Assembly (NCBI GenBank): GCA_902546615.1
Contig: CACCKE010000003.1
Location: 17,837-81,836, forward strand
Origin: an uncultured Pelagibacteraceae bacterium
GTDB taxonomy: Bacteria; Pseudomonadota; Alphaproteobacteria; Pelagibacterales; AG-422-B15
Direction: 5' to 3'
Length of the DNA: 64,000 nucleotides
The translations under genes were made by a program, and so were the position numbers. Below, piece after piece: positions 43,694 to 53,615 of the stretch; positions within the stretch are counted from its first letter, which is position 1; each line of letters starts with the position of its first letter. The notes below the pieces were generated by a model. The model saw only the letters and a program-made list of their open reading frames with translations. It searched no databases and had not been told where the DNA came from.

Positions 43694-44380
43694 CTACTTC
43701 TGAATTATTTTTGAACCGGTATCGGTTAGATCTTTTGACTGTTTCATATTTCTCATCAACTCCATAATATCAATTGGTACTGCAACACCTTTTTTGCAGG
43801 CTGGTCTATCTTCCATCATCTGCATCCATCTTTTTACACCTTCAAGACCGTCGATATTCACACCTGACCATTTATATGTTCTTACCCAACACCAATTTGC
43901 AATATCAGCTATACTAAAATCATCAGCAAGATACTCATTGTTTTTTAAACGTGTCTCCATAACTTCAAACAAGCGTCTTCCTTCGTTTTGATAACGATCA
44001 ATTGCTGGTTGTATTTTTTCTCCTGGCCAATAACGAAAGAAAACATTGGCCTGCCCCATCATCGGACCAATTCCTCCCATCTGAAACATTAACCACTGAA
44101 TGACTTTTGAACGAGCAATTGACTCTGTAGGCAATAGTTTGCCTGCTTTCTCAGCTAAATAAATTAGTTGCGCGCCACTTTCCATTATTGAAAGGTTATC
44201 ATTTTCAGTATCAACTATTACAGGGATACGTCCGTTTGGATTCATTGCTAAAAATTCTGGCTTCTTTTGATCACCGGCTTGTAAATTCACAACATGAACA
44301 TTATAAGGTATTGCAAGCTCCTCAAGAGCTACTGAAATCTTATATCCATTTGGTGTAGGTGAAGTATATAATTCAATCAT
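43694..44380 (-). CDS. glutathione S-transferase
   Basis: [22 protein letters not shown]...[11 protein letters not shown]. The start at 44380 avoids overlap with the upstream stop (the track start 44398 is also possible). Confidence 0.8.
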   Translation of the reverse strand: MIELYTSPTPNGYKISVALEELAIPYNVHVVNLQAGDQKKPEFLAMNPNGRIPVIVDTENDNLSIMESGAQLIYLAEKAGKLLPTESIARSKVIQWLMFQMGGIGPMMGQANVFFRYWPGEKIQPAIDRYQNEGRRLFEVMETRLKNNEYLADDFSIADIANWCWVRTYKWSGVNIDGLEGVKRWMQMMEDRPACKKGVAVPIDIMELMRNMKQSKDLTDTGSKIIQK

Positions 44381-44795
44381 TAATTTCTTTTGTTTCAATG
44401 TTTAATTGGCCTGCTAATCCTGCTTCGCGGTGCTGATAAGCTTCAAGATATTCTGGGTCACTGGGCATCATATTTTCACCCATTATTTTTCTTGAAGGCC
44501 ATTTTGCAATAGCAACTACGTCCCATAACTCCTCAACTTTACCTACCGCTAAACGTTTTACATCTGTATGCAAAACTAATTCTCCTCCAATTTCCTCTAA
44601 ATGTTTACCCATAAACTCAGCATAAATTGTGTAAGCCTCTCTTCCAGTCAAGTTGGTTTCTCTCCCATCTCTATATTCTGCTTTCTCTTTAAATTTCAGT
44701 AGATTGAGCATGTATATTGGCTCATTATCATCGGTATTCTCAAAAAAACCCTTCATTTGTTCTCTGTTTGGAAAAACACGATTTTCTACTTTCAT
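44373..44795 (-). CDS. DUF1330-like protein
   Basis: 140 aa. [15 protein letters not shown]...[11 protein letters not shown] fits the DUF1330 pattern. Confidence 0.55.
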   Translation of the reverse strand: MKVENRVFPNREQMKGFFENTDDNEPIYMLNLLKFKEKAEYRDGRETNLTGREAYTIYAEFMGKHLEEIGGELVLHTDVKRLAVGKVEELWDVVAIAKWPSRKIMGENMMPSDPEYLEAYQHREAGLAGQLNIETKEIND

Positions 44796-45265
44796 TTCTG
44801 TTTCCTTTCAATGATCGAGATAAAAAACATAAAAAGTGTAACAAATAACATGAGACTTGTCCCAACTAAACCTCCTGGAGCAGTTGAATTGAGAAAATTT
44901 TGGTATAATTTGTGCATCATCATCGTTATTATTCTTAATACATTATCGAGCACAAAAACTAACCAGGCAAATGACAAAAGGCTTTTGTATTTTATTAGAA
45001 ATATAATTGATATAAATAACACAACGATCTGCGAACTGCCCCATAAAGAGCCTATAAAATAAATTACACTATTAGGATTTAAATTATTAACTTCCGGAAA
45101 AATTATAATTGAGGCTATTGAATTTAGGCCCGCATCTTGAGCAAACATATGTGTAAACGACCTGAAAGCTACTAAGAGGAGATATAAATAAAAAAACCAA
45201 AGTGCAGGCTTTAAACCCTGGTAATTGTTGTTGGCTTCGGTGGGTAAAGGGCTTAAAAATTTCAT
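44792..45265 (-). CDS. hypothetical integral membrane protein
   Basis: 157 aa with about 4 hydrophobic helices. ATGA overlap with the DUF1330 gene supports this strand over the shadow ORF 44757..45062(+). Confidence 0.55.
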   Translation of the reverse strand: MKFLSPLPTEANNNYQGLKPALWFFYLYLLLVAFRSFTHMFAQDAGLNSIASIIIFPEVNNLNPNSVIYFIGSLWGSSQIVVLFISIIFLIKYKSLLSFAWLVFVLDNVLRIITMMMHKLYQNFLNSTAPGGLVGTSLMLFVTLFMFFISIIERKQK

Positions 45266-45270
45266 CTAAT

Positions 45271-45304
45271 TAGAATAAGTATTTTTACATTGTTCATCTT
45301 ATTC
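45271..45304. promoter_or_regulatory. 8-bp inverted repeat in divergent intergenic region
   Basis: AGAATAAG-N18-CTTATTCT, between two divergent membrane-protein genes. Confidence 0.15.
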
Positions 45305-45355
45305 TTGATTATAATATGAATAAACATTATTTAATAACATTAAAGGGGAAAGATT

Positions 45356-45733
45356 ATGAATAGGTTACTAGTTGTTTTGAATACTATTAACGGAGTCATA
45401 TTTATTATACTTGGCCTTCTCTGGGTAATTTCTCCTTACGACGCTGGAGCTAACTTTGGTATATTAGATATTCCTGAAGGATTAGGTCGAAGTAGTCTAA
45501 TTGGTGATGTAGGAAGCTATTTTTTTTGTATTGGGGTGATGATGATACTTGCAGTTTATACCTTAAGAAGTATTTGGTTTTACGCGCCCGCGATGCTTTT
45601 GGGTTTTACTGCTTTATTTAGAGTGATCTCATGGTTAGCTCATGATGCAACCTTTGCAACTCAATTTATTATAATTGAAATATTGCTTATTGTTTTGTTG
45701 CTGGTTACATCGAAGAGAATATCTAGTAAATAA
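45356..45733 (+). CDS. small integral membrane protein
   Basis: 125 aa with 4 predicted helices. GGGGAAAG lies upstream of the ATG. Confidence 0.6.
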   Translation: MNRLLVVLNTINGVIFIILGLLWVISPYDAGANFGILDIPEGLGRSSLIGDVGSYFFCIGVMMILAVYTLRSIWFYAPAMLLGFTALFRVISWLAHDATFATQFIIIEILLIVLLLVTSKRISSK

Positions 45734-45735
45734 AT

Positions 45736-46803
45736 ATGAAAAAAATTTATTTTTTTTTGATAGCTGCAATTTTAATATTAATTATCGCAGTTGTTGGAAT
45801 AAGAACTACTACTGTTCAAAATGTTTTGATAGATTTTGATTTTAATAGACAATGGAATAATCAGGATAAATTAGTAACTTTTGATGGTGATTATATTGTT
45901 GGTCTTGTTTGTGGATCACGAGGGCCTTTACCGGGCAAAGGAAGGGCAGAGCCCTGTATTATGATAAAAACTCCCGATCATATGTTTGTGGTTGATACCG
46001 GGGATGGTAGCAGGCAAAACCTTACAAATTGGAGTATCAATCTTGGTAACTTAGATGCAGTTTTATTAACTCACTTACATTCAGATCATATTTCTGATTT
46101 AGCTGACTTTCACCTCTATTCATGGGTAACTCAAAATAGAGGTAAAAAACTACCAGTGTATGGGCCAATGGGTACTAATCTCGTTACTGAGGGAATAACA
46201 AAAGCTTATGAGCTAGATACTGAGTGGAGAACTCTTCATCATGGAGAAGAAGTAGCGCCTTCTGATTTTGCTGGTTTTGATACAACAATAATTAATTTAA
46301 ATGATCCAGTTATTTATGATGATGGTAAACTTAAGATAACAGCCTTTGAAGTTGAACATTTTCCAGTTGATCCTTCACTAGGCTATCGTTTTGATTACAA
46401 GGGCAGGTCAATAGTAATAAGCGGTGATACCGACTATAGTGAAAACTTAGTTGAACAGTCTAAAAATGCAGACCTTCTGTTTCATGACGCTCTGTCTCAT
46501 AATATGATAGGAAGATTAGAAGAGATATCAGAAGATACAAACCCCTTATTATCTACTGTCTTTTATGATATTCAGGATTATCATGCCTCTCCAATTGAGG
46601 CCGCTCAAGCTGCCAATGAAGCAAATGTCAAGGAGCTAATATTCTATCATTTGACACCAGCTCCTCAAAATTTCATTGCAAAAATAATTTTTGTGAGAGG
46701 TGTTAATGAGGTACGTCCAGACAATTGGACATTAGCGGATGATGGTACGATGGCAATTTTGCCGATAGAATCTGAGGATATCACCATTACGAATATTCAA
46801 TAA
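45736..46803 (+). CDS. MBL-fold metallo-hydrolase (RNase Z/ElaC-like fold) with N-terminal membrane anchor
   Basis: HLHSDH motif plus downstream His/Asp ligands (SGDTDY, FHDA, YH). N-terminal TM helix. Confidence 0.75.
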   Translation: MKKIYFFLIAAILILIIAVVGIRTTTVQNVLIDFDFNRQWNNQDKLVTFDGDYIVGLVCGSRGPLPGKGRAEPCIMIKTPDHMFVVDTGDGSRQNLTNWSINLGNLDAVLLTHLHSDHISDLADFHLYSWVTQNRGKKLPVYGPMGTNLVTEGITKAYELDTEWRTLHHGEEVAPSDFAGFDTTIINLNDPVIYDDGKLKITAFEVEHFPVDPSLGYRFDYKGRSIVISGDTDYSENLVEQSKNADLLFHDALSHNMIGRLEEISEDTNPLLSTVFYDIQDYHASPIEAAQAANEANVKELIFYHLTPAPQNFIAKIIFVRGVNEVRPDNWTLADDGTMAILPIESEDITITNIQ

Positions 46804-46812
46804 CGACAAAAG

Positions 46813-46830
46813 AAATCTATCGATTTTTTT
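46813..46830 (+). terminator. weak rho-independent terminator
   Basis: AAATC-tatc-GATTT followed by a T-run. Confidence 0.3.
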
Positions 46831-46877
46831 GAAAATTTAATTAGACGATTGATCTTTTTGCTGTAAAATTTTTTCCC

Positions 46878-47234
46878 ATGAGCGCAACAAATTCACTCCT
46901 CAGATTTTGGGAAGAACAAATAGGAACCTCACATCGCTCAAGTAAGCATTTTTTTAGAAAAACTCCCTCTCATTATCATATGATGCTCCTCGTAATGTCA
47001 GCCCATCAAAATAAAGAAAAGCTATGTGTTGAAGAATTAAAGACAAAACTCTTTCATACATCTCGGCCTAAGTCATCTATGATGATTAATGAGGCTTGCG
47101 ACAGAGGTTTCATACATTTAGAGAAAACAGAGAACGATAAAAGACGAAAAACAGTAAAACCTAGCTCAGAATTGATAAAAGAATTTAAAAATTATCTTAA
47201 TTCAATGAAAAATATCAATTGGAAGTCTGAATAA
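46878..47234 (+). CDS. small winged-helix (MarR-like) regulator, tentative
   Basis: 118 aa. LCVEELKTKLFHTSRPKSSMMINEACDRGFIHLEKTENDKRRKTVKPS resembles a MarR-type wHTH. Confidence 0.45.
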   Translation: MSATNSLLRFWEEQIGTSHRSSKHFFRKTPSHYHMMLLVMSAHQNKEKLCVEELKTKLFHTSRPKSSMMINEACDRGFIHLEKTENDKRRKTVKPSSELIKEFKNYLNSMKNINWKSE

Positions 47235-47239
47235 TAAAT

Positions 47240-47980
47240 TTAAGAAAAAATTTTTTCAAAAAAATTACACATCTCTCGCCATGAATGCTGATCGGCATGC
47301 GCATCGTAGAATAATCCTGAGTTTCGATCATTGGCTTCAGGATTTGTAAAAGCATGTCCAACATTGCCGTAAGCATGAATTTGCCAATTTGCTTTTTTTG
47401 AATTTAATTCATCAGCTAAATCAATCATATTTTGAGGAGTGGCCATAGGATCATCGTATCCATGTAGAATTAAAATCGATGAACCAATTTTTATTGTTCC
47501 TTTTAATTGCTTTCCTGAACTTGCCGTTGGTGCGTCATATAATCCATGAAAACTAACAACCCCTTTTACATCTTCGCCTGCCCTAGCCAAATCAAGTGCA
47601 CATTTTCCTCCAAAACAAAATCCAATTGCTCCAGTTTTGTTTTCATCAACTTTATCAAAATTCTTGAGGGTCTCGTAAGCATGGATCATTCTTTGTTGAA
47701 GCAATACTCGGTCAGTATTAAATTCATTCATCAACTCCATTGACTCTTGGGGATTTGAACCTCTTCTACCCTGTCCATATAAATCCATAGCAAATGCAAA
47801 GTACCCAAGCTGAGCAAGTTGTTCTGATTTCTTAATATCAAAATCAGAATGGCCTCCATAAGCATGACATACGAGAACTCCTGGTCTTGGTGTATCAAAA
47901 CTATCTTCATAACTTATTGAACCTTCAAATTGCACACTAGAATTTGCAGAACCATAAACTAGTTTTTCTGTTTTGATCAT
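47240..47980 (-). CDS. dienelactone hydrolase family protein
   Basis: Alpha/beta hydrolase with GAIGFCFGG (nucleophile Cys) and HGYDD...VGHAF. Confidence 0.8.
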   Translation of the reverse strand: MIKTEKLVYGSANSSVQFEGSISYEDSFDTPRPGVLVCHAYGGHSDFDIKKSEQLAQLGYFAFAMDLYGQGRRGSNPQESMELMNEFNTDRVLLQQRMIHAYETLKNFDKVDENKTGAIGFCFGGKCALDLARAGEDVKGVVSFHGLYDAPTASSGKQLKGTIKIGSSILILHGYDDPMATPQNMIDLADELNSKKANWQIHAYGNVGHAFTNPEANDRNSGLFYDAHADQHSWREMCNFFEKIFS

Positions 47981-47982
47981 AT

Positions 47983-49146
47983 TTATAGAATACCCTCATA
48001 TGAGTTAATGTAAAGTTGCTTCATTTCATCAAGGCTTATATCGCGTGGGTTTGGTCCAGTGGATGGATCTTTCAAGGCCATTTCACTAAGTAGCTCAAAA
48101 TCAAATTCTTGATTAAGCTCCTTCAGAGTATGAGGAATAGCAAGTTCATCTCTTAGCTTCAATATCCAAGACAGAAATCCATCAAATGTAGAATTTTCTA
48201 ATTCTAAGTATTTTGTTAATAGTTGTATCCTCTGATTTATAATCGGTTCATTAAACTTAAGTACATATGGCATAAATATTGCATTTGAAAGACCGTGATG
48301 AATATCATTAACTGCATTTATAGGATGTGAAAGAGAATGTATTGCTCCTAGTCCTTTTTGAAATGCAGTTGATCCCATTGATGATGTTACTAACATTTTT
48401 GATCTTGCAAAGATATCATCAGGATTTTTATAGGCACTTAGAAGACTATCTTTCACGTTCTTTATCCCTTCTAGTGCAATACCATCCGCCATAGGATGAA
48501 AACCTCTAGCACAGTATGCCTCTAAACAATGAGCTAAAGCATCCATGCCTGTTGCGGCTGTGAGATGAGGTGGAAGAGATAAAGTTAAATTTGGATCAAG
48601 TATTACAAGGTCTGGTAAGAACGAGGGATGAAATATTATTTTTTTTGTCTTATCACTTTCGTCCAAAATAAGTGATGCGCGGCCTGTTTCAGAACCTGTG
48701 CCAGCCGTAGTTGGTATCGCAATTACTTTTGGAAGTTGATCTGTAATTGCCCTTGTCCAATTATCCCCAATATCCTCGAAAAACCACAGGTTTTCGCTTT
48801 GTTTCGTCATAAATGCAATTGCTTTGCCGGCATCAAGAGAACTGCCTCCGCCAATCGCTATTACACCATCGTTATTGTTAGATAAAAAGTGCTCAACACC
48901 GTCCATTACGTTCTTGCCAGTTGGATTTCCTTTTATATTTGAAAAAATTGAGTATTTGATTTTATTATTTTTTAATAATTCAATAATTTTTCTAAAGTTT
49001 TTATTAGAGGTAAATTCTGGATCGGTAACAACTAAAGGATTTTGCATACCTTGAGCTTCTAAGGCATTTGGGATCTCTAGGGAACGGCCTAAACCAAACC
49101 ATATTGGGGTAGGATAATTCCAGCTAACATTATCAATATCACTCAT
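47983..49146 (-). CDS. iron-containing alcohol dehydrogenase
   Basis: GGGSSLDAGKA, the metal-binding His cluster (DALAHCLEAY, HSLSHP) and a 387-aa length. Confidence 0.85.
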   Translation of the reverse strand: MSDIDNVSWNYPTPIWFGLGRSLEIPNALEAQGMQNPLVVTDPEFTSNKNFRKIIELLKNNKIKYSIFSNIKGNPTGKNVMDGVEHFLSNNNDGVIAIGGGSSLDAGKAIAFMTKQSENLWFFEDIGDNWTRAITDQLPKVIAIPTTAGTGSETGRASLILDESDKTKKIIFHPSFLPDLVILDPNLTLSLPPHLTAATGMDALAHCLEAYCARGFHPMADGIALEGIKNVKDSLLSAYKNPDDIFARSKMLVTSSMGSTAFQKGLGAIHSLSHPINAVNDIHHGLSNAIFMPYVLKFNEPIINQRIQLLTKYLELENSTFDGFLSWILKLRDELAIPHTLKELNQEFDFELLSEMALKDPSTGPNPRDISLDEMKQLYINSYEGIL

Positions 49147-49152
49147 ACTTTT

Positions 49153-50061
49153 CTATAGCGTTGGCGGTGTAGTTTTTTTTGTAGTACCAAAAGCATAAAA
49201 ACTTATAGCAATGATAATTACCAAGCCACCCATTAAAGTTATATTTGAGGGAACTTCGTTTACTCCAAATAAAGGTATCCAACACCAAATTACTCCTCCC
49301 ACAACTTCTGTTAAAGAAAGTAACATAAATTCTGCTGCAGGCAGATAGCGCGCACCTAAACTTAAAAGTATAAGTCCAATCCCAACTAAAGTTCCATGCA
49401 GCATACTTAATAAAATATTTTGTAACGGCATTGAGTAACTGTCAGCAAATAAAACAATCATAATCATTGAAAAAAACGAGCAGGCAATACCAGCAATAAT
49501 GATTGTCGTAAATTTAGGTGTGTCTGGTTGCCATCTGAGCGTTGTTGCAAATATTGCAAATCCAATAGAACAGAATAAACCAAATACCCAACCTAAAAAG
49601 GTTCCTGCATACCAGTCATTATAAGCCATTAGAAAGATCCCAAACAAAGATACAAAACACGCTATCGCAGTTGTGATGCCAATTTTTTCTTTTAGAAAGA
49701 TATATGCAAAGAGCCCTGCAAATAATGGTTGTGTACCGATCATAAATAATGTGGTAGCCGCGGAGGTATAAGTCATTCCAAAAATAAAAAATATAAAAGC
49801 TGCAGCAAGACCAATACCGCCCAATAAACCAGATGATCCAACTCTATTAAAATTATGATAGAAAGATATTCCTTCGTTATAAATCAAATATATCAACAAA
49901 ATTGTTGCTACAACTATACCTCTATAAAAAAGGTAATGCCATTGATAGACCTGAGCATCTACCATGTATCTAACAGTAGGAGCTCCAAAACTCCATATCA
50001 AACCAGCGGATAGTGCCAGTATAAAACCTATTAAATATGTTTTGTTATTCTGCTCTGTCAT
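49153..50061 (-). CDS. EamA/DMT-family transporter
   Basis: About 10 TM helices. The start at MTEQNNKTY (50061) is preferred because the track start 50166 would overlap the divergent gene. Confidence 0.75.
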   Translation of the reverse strand: MTEQNNKTYLIGFILALSAGLIWSFGAPTVRYMVDAQVYQWHYLFYRGIVVATILLIYLIYNEGISFYHNFNRVGSSGLLGGIGLAAAFIFFIFGMTYTSAATTLFMIGTQPLFAGLFAYIFLKEKIGITTAIACFVSLFGIFLMAYNDWYAGTFLGWVFGLFCSIGFAIFATTLRWQPDTPKFTTIIIAGIACSFFSMIMIVLFADSYSMPLQNILLSMLHGTLVGIGLILLSLGARYLPAAEFMLLSLTEVVGGVIWCWIPLFGVNEVPSNITLMGGLVIIIAISFYAFGTTKKTTPPTL

Positions 50062-50107
50062 ATAATCTACTGCAGAATATATAAATAATAGCCTTATGAC
50101 ACTATAA

Positions 50108-51250
50108 ATGACCACAGAAAATGAGATAACAGTATTGGGTGAGTTTAATAAAAAGTTCGAAAACACTTACAAATTATTCAAGAAAAACTTAGAAAATGAT
50201 GAGGAGGTGGGTGCATCATTTGCCGTTTATCAAAATGGAGAAGTTTTGGTGAACCTTTATGGCGGCTATCGGGATCGTGATAAAAAAAACAAGTGGGACC
50301 AAAATACAATAGTAAATATCCACTCAACCAGTAAGGGTATTGTTGCGATGATTGTTGCTAAATTGATTGATGAAAACAAACTAGATTTAGAGAAAAATGT
50401 TGCTGATTACTGGCCTGAATTTGCGAACGGTGGAAAAGAAAGTATAAAAGTAAAAACATTACTCTCCCATCAAGCAGGGATGTATGGATGGAGACAGCCT
50501 ATAGATGAAACCGATTTTTACAAATGGGACTATGTAGTTGATCTGTTGGCAAATCAAGAACCATATCATAAAGCTGATGAAAAAATATGTTATCATCCAA
50601 AAACGATCGGTTTTTTAGTTGGTGAATTAATTAAACGAGTGACCAATAAATCAGTCGGTAAGAACTTGGATGAGTTACTGAATAATCCTCTTGAAACCAA
50701 ATGTTTTATAGGTACACCTTCAGCATATCATGACAATATTGCTGAACTAATTAGTTCTGAAAGCCTAAGGAAAGCTTTCAGTGATCCGACAAATGTAGAT
50801 GAGTATCTAATTACTGCGTTTCTTAATCCTGCAAACAGAACAAAAACAGCAAATACAGCTGAATGGCGACTTGCGGAAATTCCAGCTATGAACTGTCACT
50901 CTAATTCAGGATCACTTGCAAAAATTTATGATTTTTTCTTATCGCATTTATCAAATAAATTTATTTCATCAAATACCTTTGAAACTCTTACTACAGTTGC
51001 TGTAAGTGGAGACGATCATGTAATGAAGTCACCTATGCAGTGGTCACATGCAGGTTATAGTGTCGGTGGTGGAAAATTATTTGGTAAAAGCAGTAAAGCA
51101 TTTGGTCATACTGGATGGGGCGGTTCTATGGCATTTGGGGATCCTGAAAATGGAATTAGCTGCGCATACACAATGAATTTATTAACTGGATCCATGCTCG
51201 GTGATCAAAGAGCACTTAAATTAGTTGAAACAATATATGATGCCCTATGA
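50108..51250 (+). CDS. serine hydrolase (class C beta-lactamase/esterase family)
   Basis: The SxxK motif HSTSKG lies at the expected distance from the N-terminus. 380 aa. Confidence 0.75.
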   Translation: MTTENEITVLGEFNKKFENTYKLFKKNLENDEEVGASFAVYQNGEVLVNLYGGYRDRDKKNKWDQNTIVNIHSTSKGIVAMIVAKLIDENKLDLEKNVADYWPEFANGGKESIKVKTLLSHQAGMYGWRQPIDETDFYKWDYVVDLLANQEPYHKADEKICYHPKTIGFLVGELIKRVTNKSVGKNLDELLNNPLETKCFIGTPSAYHDNIAELISSESLRKAFSDPTNVDEYLITAFLNPANRTKTANTAEWRLAEIPAMNCHSNSGSLAKIYDFFLSHLSNKFISSNTFETLTTVAVSGDDHVMKSPMQWSHAGYSVGGGKLFGKSSKAFGHTGWGGSMAFGDPENGISCAYTMNLLTGSMLGDQRALKLVETIYDAL

Positions 51251-52578
51251 AACTAAGTTTTAGATCAAAATTGTTTTACGGTGGTGGTGATTTTGCCATT
51301 AATATAATGTGGCAACTGACTGTCTTCTACTTACTATTTTTTTATACAGATATTTTTGGATTATCGCCTGCAAACGCTGGCTTAGTTTTCTTTTTAGCGA
51401 AAATCTGGGACGCATTTACTGACCCGATTATGGGGTATATTGCAGATAATACTTCGACCAAATGGGGGAAATTCAGACCTTATATTTTGTTTGGATCAGT
51501 ACCTGCGCTAATAATGATTATTTTATGCTTTACCTCACCTGATTTGTCACAAACGGGTAAATTTTATTGGGCACTTTTTACATACATTACATTCACCACT
51601 TTATATACAATCATTGCTATTCCAGTTGGATCGCTCATTCCGGCGATGACTCAAGACAGAGATGAAAGAACATCGCTCGCATCATTTAGATATTTAGGAG
51701 CCAGCTCTGGATCAATTGCTGTTGCAGTTCTAACATTGCCTCTAGTTGGCCTTTTTAGCTCACCACAGTTCGGATTTCCAATTGTAGTAGGTTGTTTGGC
51801 AGTCCTTGGAGCTATTTTTGCATTCCTATGTTTTTTTAATACTAAAGAAGTTTATTCAAAGCCATATGAAGAAACCATTGGTATTAAAAAAGTTACTAAA
51901 ATGGTATTTAACAATTATCCATTACATTTCGTAATATTGGCACTTTTAACAACTTGGGTTGCAAATAATATCAAGCAACTAACAGTTGTCTATTTTGTAA
52001 AATATAATCTTCAATTAGAGGCTTACTTTAGTCCAATTTTGCTTGGAGTAATTTTACAAATTATGTTTGGTGCATATTTAGTTAACTTAATAAAACATAG
52101 GTTTGAGAAAAAGACTTTATTCATGATTGGAACATTTCTTTACGTAATCACAGATTTAATAATCTATTATATTACTGGGTATGAAAACTTTTGGTTATTA
52201 GCTTTTATTGCAACCTTTGGCTTCATTGGTTTCGGTATGGCAGGTGTTATGGCCTGGTCAATGATAGCTGACACAATCGAATATGGTGAATGGAAATCTG
52301 GATTTCGTGCTGAAGGAGTCTTAAACGCAGCTCACGTATTTGTTTTTAAATTAAGTGTTGGTTTTAGTGCATGGCTTGCTGGAGTAATTCTTGAAAGCAC
52401 AGACTATGTAGCAAATGCAATAGATCAAAGTCCAGAAACATTGAATGGTCTATTTATTATGGGATATATTTTTCCAGCCGTTGCCGGAACTATAGCAATA
52501 ATAGTTACGTACTTTAATAAGTACGATAGTAACTTTTATGAAAGAATATTTTCTGAATTAAAACAAAGACAAAGTTAA
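51247..52578 (+). CDS. glycoside-pentoside-hexuronide (GPH):cation symporter family transporter
   Basis: WDAFTDPIMGYIADNTSTKWGKFRPY is the GPH/MelB-type signature region. 12 TM helices. ATGA overlap with the upstream gene. Confidence 0.8.
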   Translation: MKLSFRSKLFYGGGDFAINIMWQLTVFYLLFFYTDIFGLSPANAGLVFFLAKIWDAFTDPIMGYIADNTSTKWGKFRPYILFGSVPALIMIILCFTSPDLSQTGKFYWALFTYITFTTLYTIIAIPVGSLIPAMTQDRDERTSLASFRYLGASSGSIAVAVLTLPLVGLFSSPQFGFPIVVGCLAVLGAIFAFLCFFNTKEVYSKPYEETIGIKKVTKMVFNNYPLHFVILALLTTWVANNIKQLTVVYFVKYNLQLEAYFSPILLGVILQIMFGAYLVNLIKHRFEKKTLFMIGTFLYVITDLIIYYITGYENFWLLAFIATFGFIGFGMAGVMAWSMIADTIEYGEWKSGFRAEGVLNAAHVFVFKLSVGFSAWLAGVILESTDYVANAIDQSPETLNGLFIMGYIFPAVAGTIAIIVTYFNKYDSNFYERIFSELKQRQS

Positions 52579-52581
52579 GTT

Positions 52582-53613
52582 ATGAACACAGTCTCGATTG
52601 GTGAGGGCTTTGGCAGAGTTAACCTCATTGGGGAGCATTTAGACTATAATGGTGGACATGTTTTACCGTTACAAATTAAGAACTCAATTATCTGTGAGAT
52701 CGTTGAAAATAAAAATAGTGAGTCTATTTCGATAGTATCAGATAAATATAAGGACTCTTTAATTGTTAAGAAACTCGAAAAAAGAAATAATTGGGCAGAT
52801 TTCGTTATTGGATCATGTCTTTATTTTGAGAAGAAATTTTCAGTTAAGATTAACAATATCTCAATTTATATCAAAAGCAGCCTTCCATTGGGGGTCGGTC
52901 TCTCTTCCTCTGCTGCAATCACCGTTAGTACTTTAAAATCACTAAGTTGCTATTTTAAAAAAAATTTAGCAGATGAAGATTTAATTAATTTAGCATTTGA
53001 GGTTGAAAATGATTTTGTTGGTGTGGGCGGTGGAGTTATGGATCAATTTGTATCGGTCCTAGGAAATCATGATGAAGCTCTTTTTCTTGATACCTTTAAT
53101 AAAAATTATGAATTGATACCAATTTTTCAAGATTATCAATTTCTAATAATTGATAGCAACACACAAAGGATTTTATCAGATAGTGAGTTTAACAAAAAAA
53201 AAGAATTGTGTCTCAATGCTGCAAAAAAAATGAAAATTCAAAATCTCTGTACAAAAACAAAAATTGATGAAAATGATATTCAATTACTTTCAGATGAAGA
53301 GCTTAATGTTAGTAAACATGTAATTGAGGAAAATTTGAGAGTTGTAAAAGCAGCTCAATATTTAAAAGATAATAAAGCTGAAGAATTTGGAAAATTAATG
53401 ACAGAAAGTCATATTTCTTTATCACGACACTATAGAGTTTCAACTGATAATTTAAATAAGTTGGTTGATCTATCTAATTCCTCTGGCGCTTTAGGATCTA
53501 AACTTACTGGAGCTGGTTTTGGTGGGGCAATCGTAACTTTAGTAAAAAAAGAGCTGGTTGAAGAACTTAAAAAGTATATTCTTGATGGGTATCCAAATGC
53601 TAAATTTATATAA
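52582..53613 (+). CDS. galK: galactokinase-like GHMP kinase
   Basis: GRVNLIGEHLDYNGG (galactokinase signature) and the GHMP motif PLGVGLSSSAA. Confidence 0.8.
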   Translation: MNTVSIGEGFGRVNLIGEHLDYNGGHVLPLQIKNSIICEIVENKNSESISIVSDKYKDSLIVKKLEKRNNWADFVIGSCLYFEKKFSVKINNISIYIKSSLPLGVGLSSSAAITVSTLKSLSCYFKKNLADEDLINLAFEVENDFVGVGGGVMDQFVSVLGNHDEALFLDTFNKNYELIPIFQDYQFLIIDSNTQRILSDSEFNKKKELCLNAAKKMKIQNLCTKTKIDENDIQLLSDEELNVSKHVIEENLRVVKAAQYLKDNKAEEFGKLMTESHISLSRHYRVSTDNLNKLVDLSNSSGALGSKLTGAGFGGAIVTLVKKELVEELKKYILDGYPNAKFI

Positions 53614-53615
53614 TT

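Noticed and set aside
44757-45062. Plus-strand ORF overlapping the 44792..45265 minus-strand gene
   Set aside because: The minus-strand product has coherent TM helices and an ATGA junction with the DUF1330 gene. The plus-strand product does not look protein-like.
50062-50166. Long N-terminal extension of the EamA transporter ORF overlapping the divergent serine-hydrolase gene
   Set aside because: The internal start at 50061 (MTEQNNKTY) gives a normal ~300-aa DMT protein and restores a 46-bp divergent promoter spacer.
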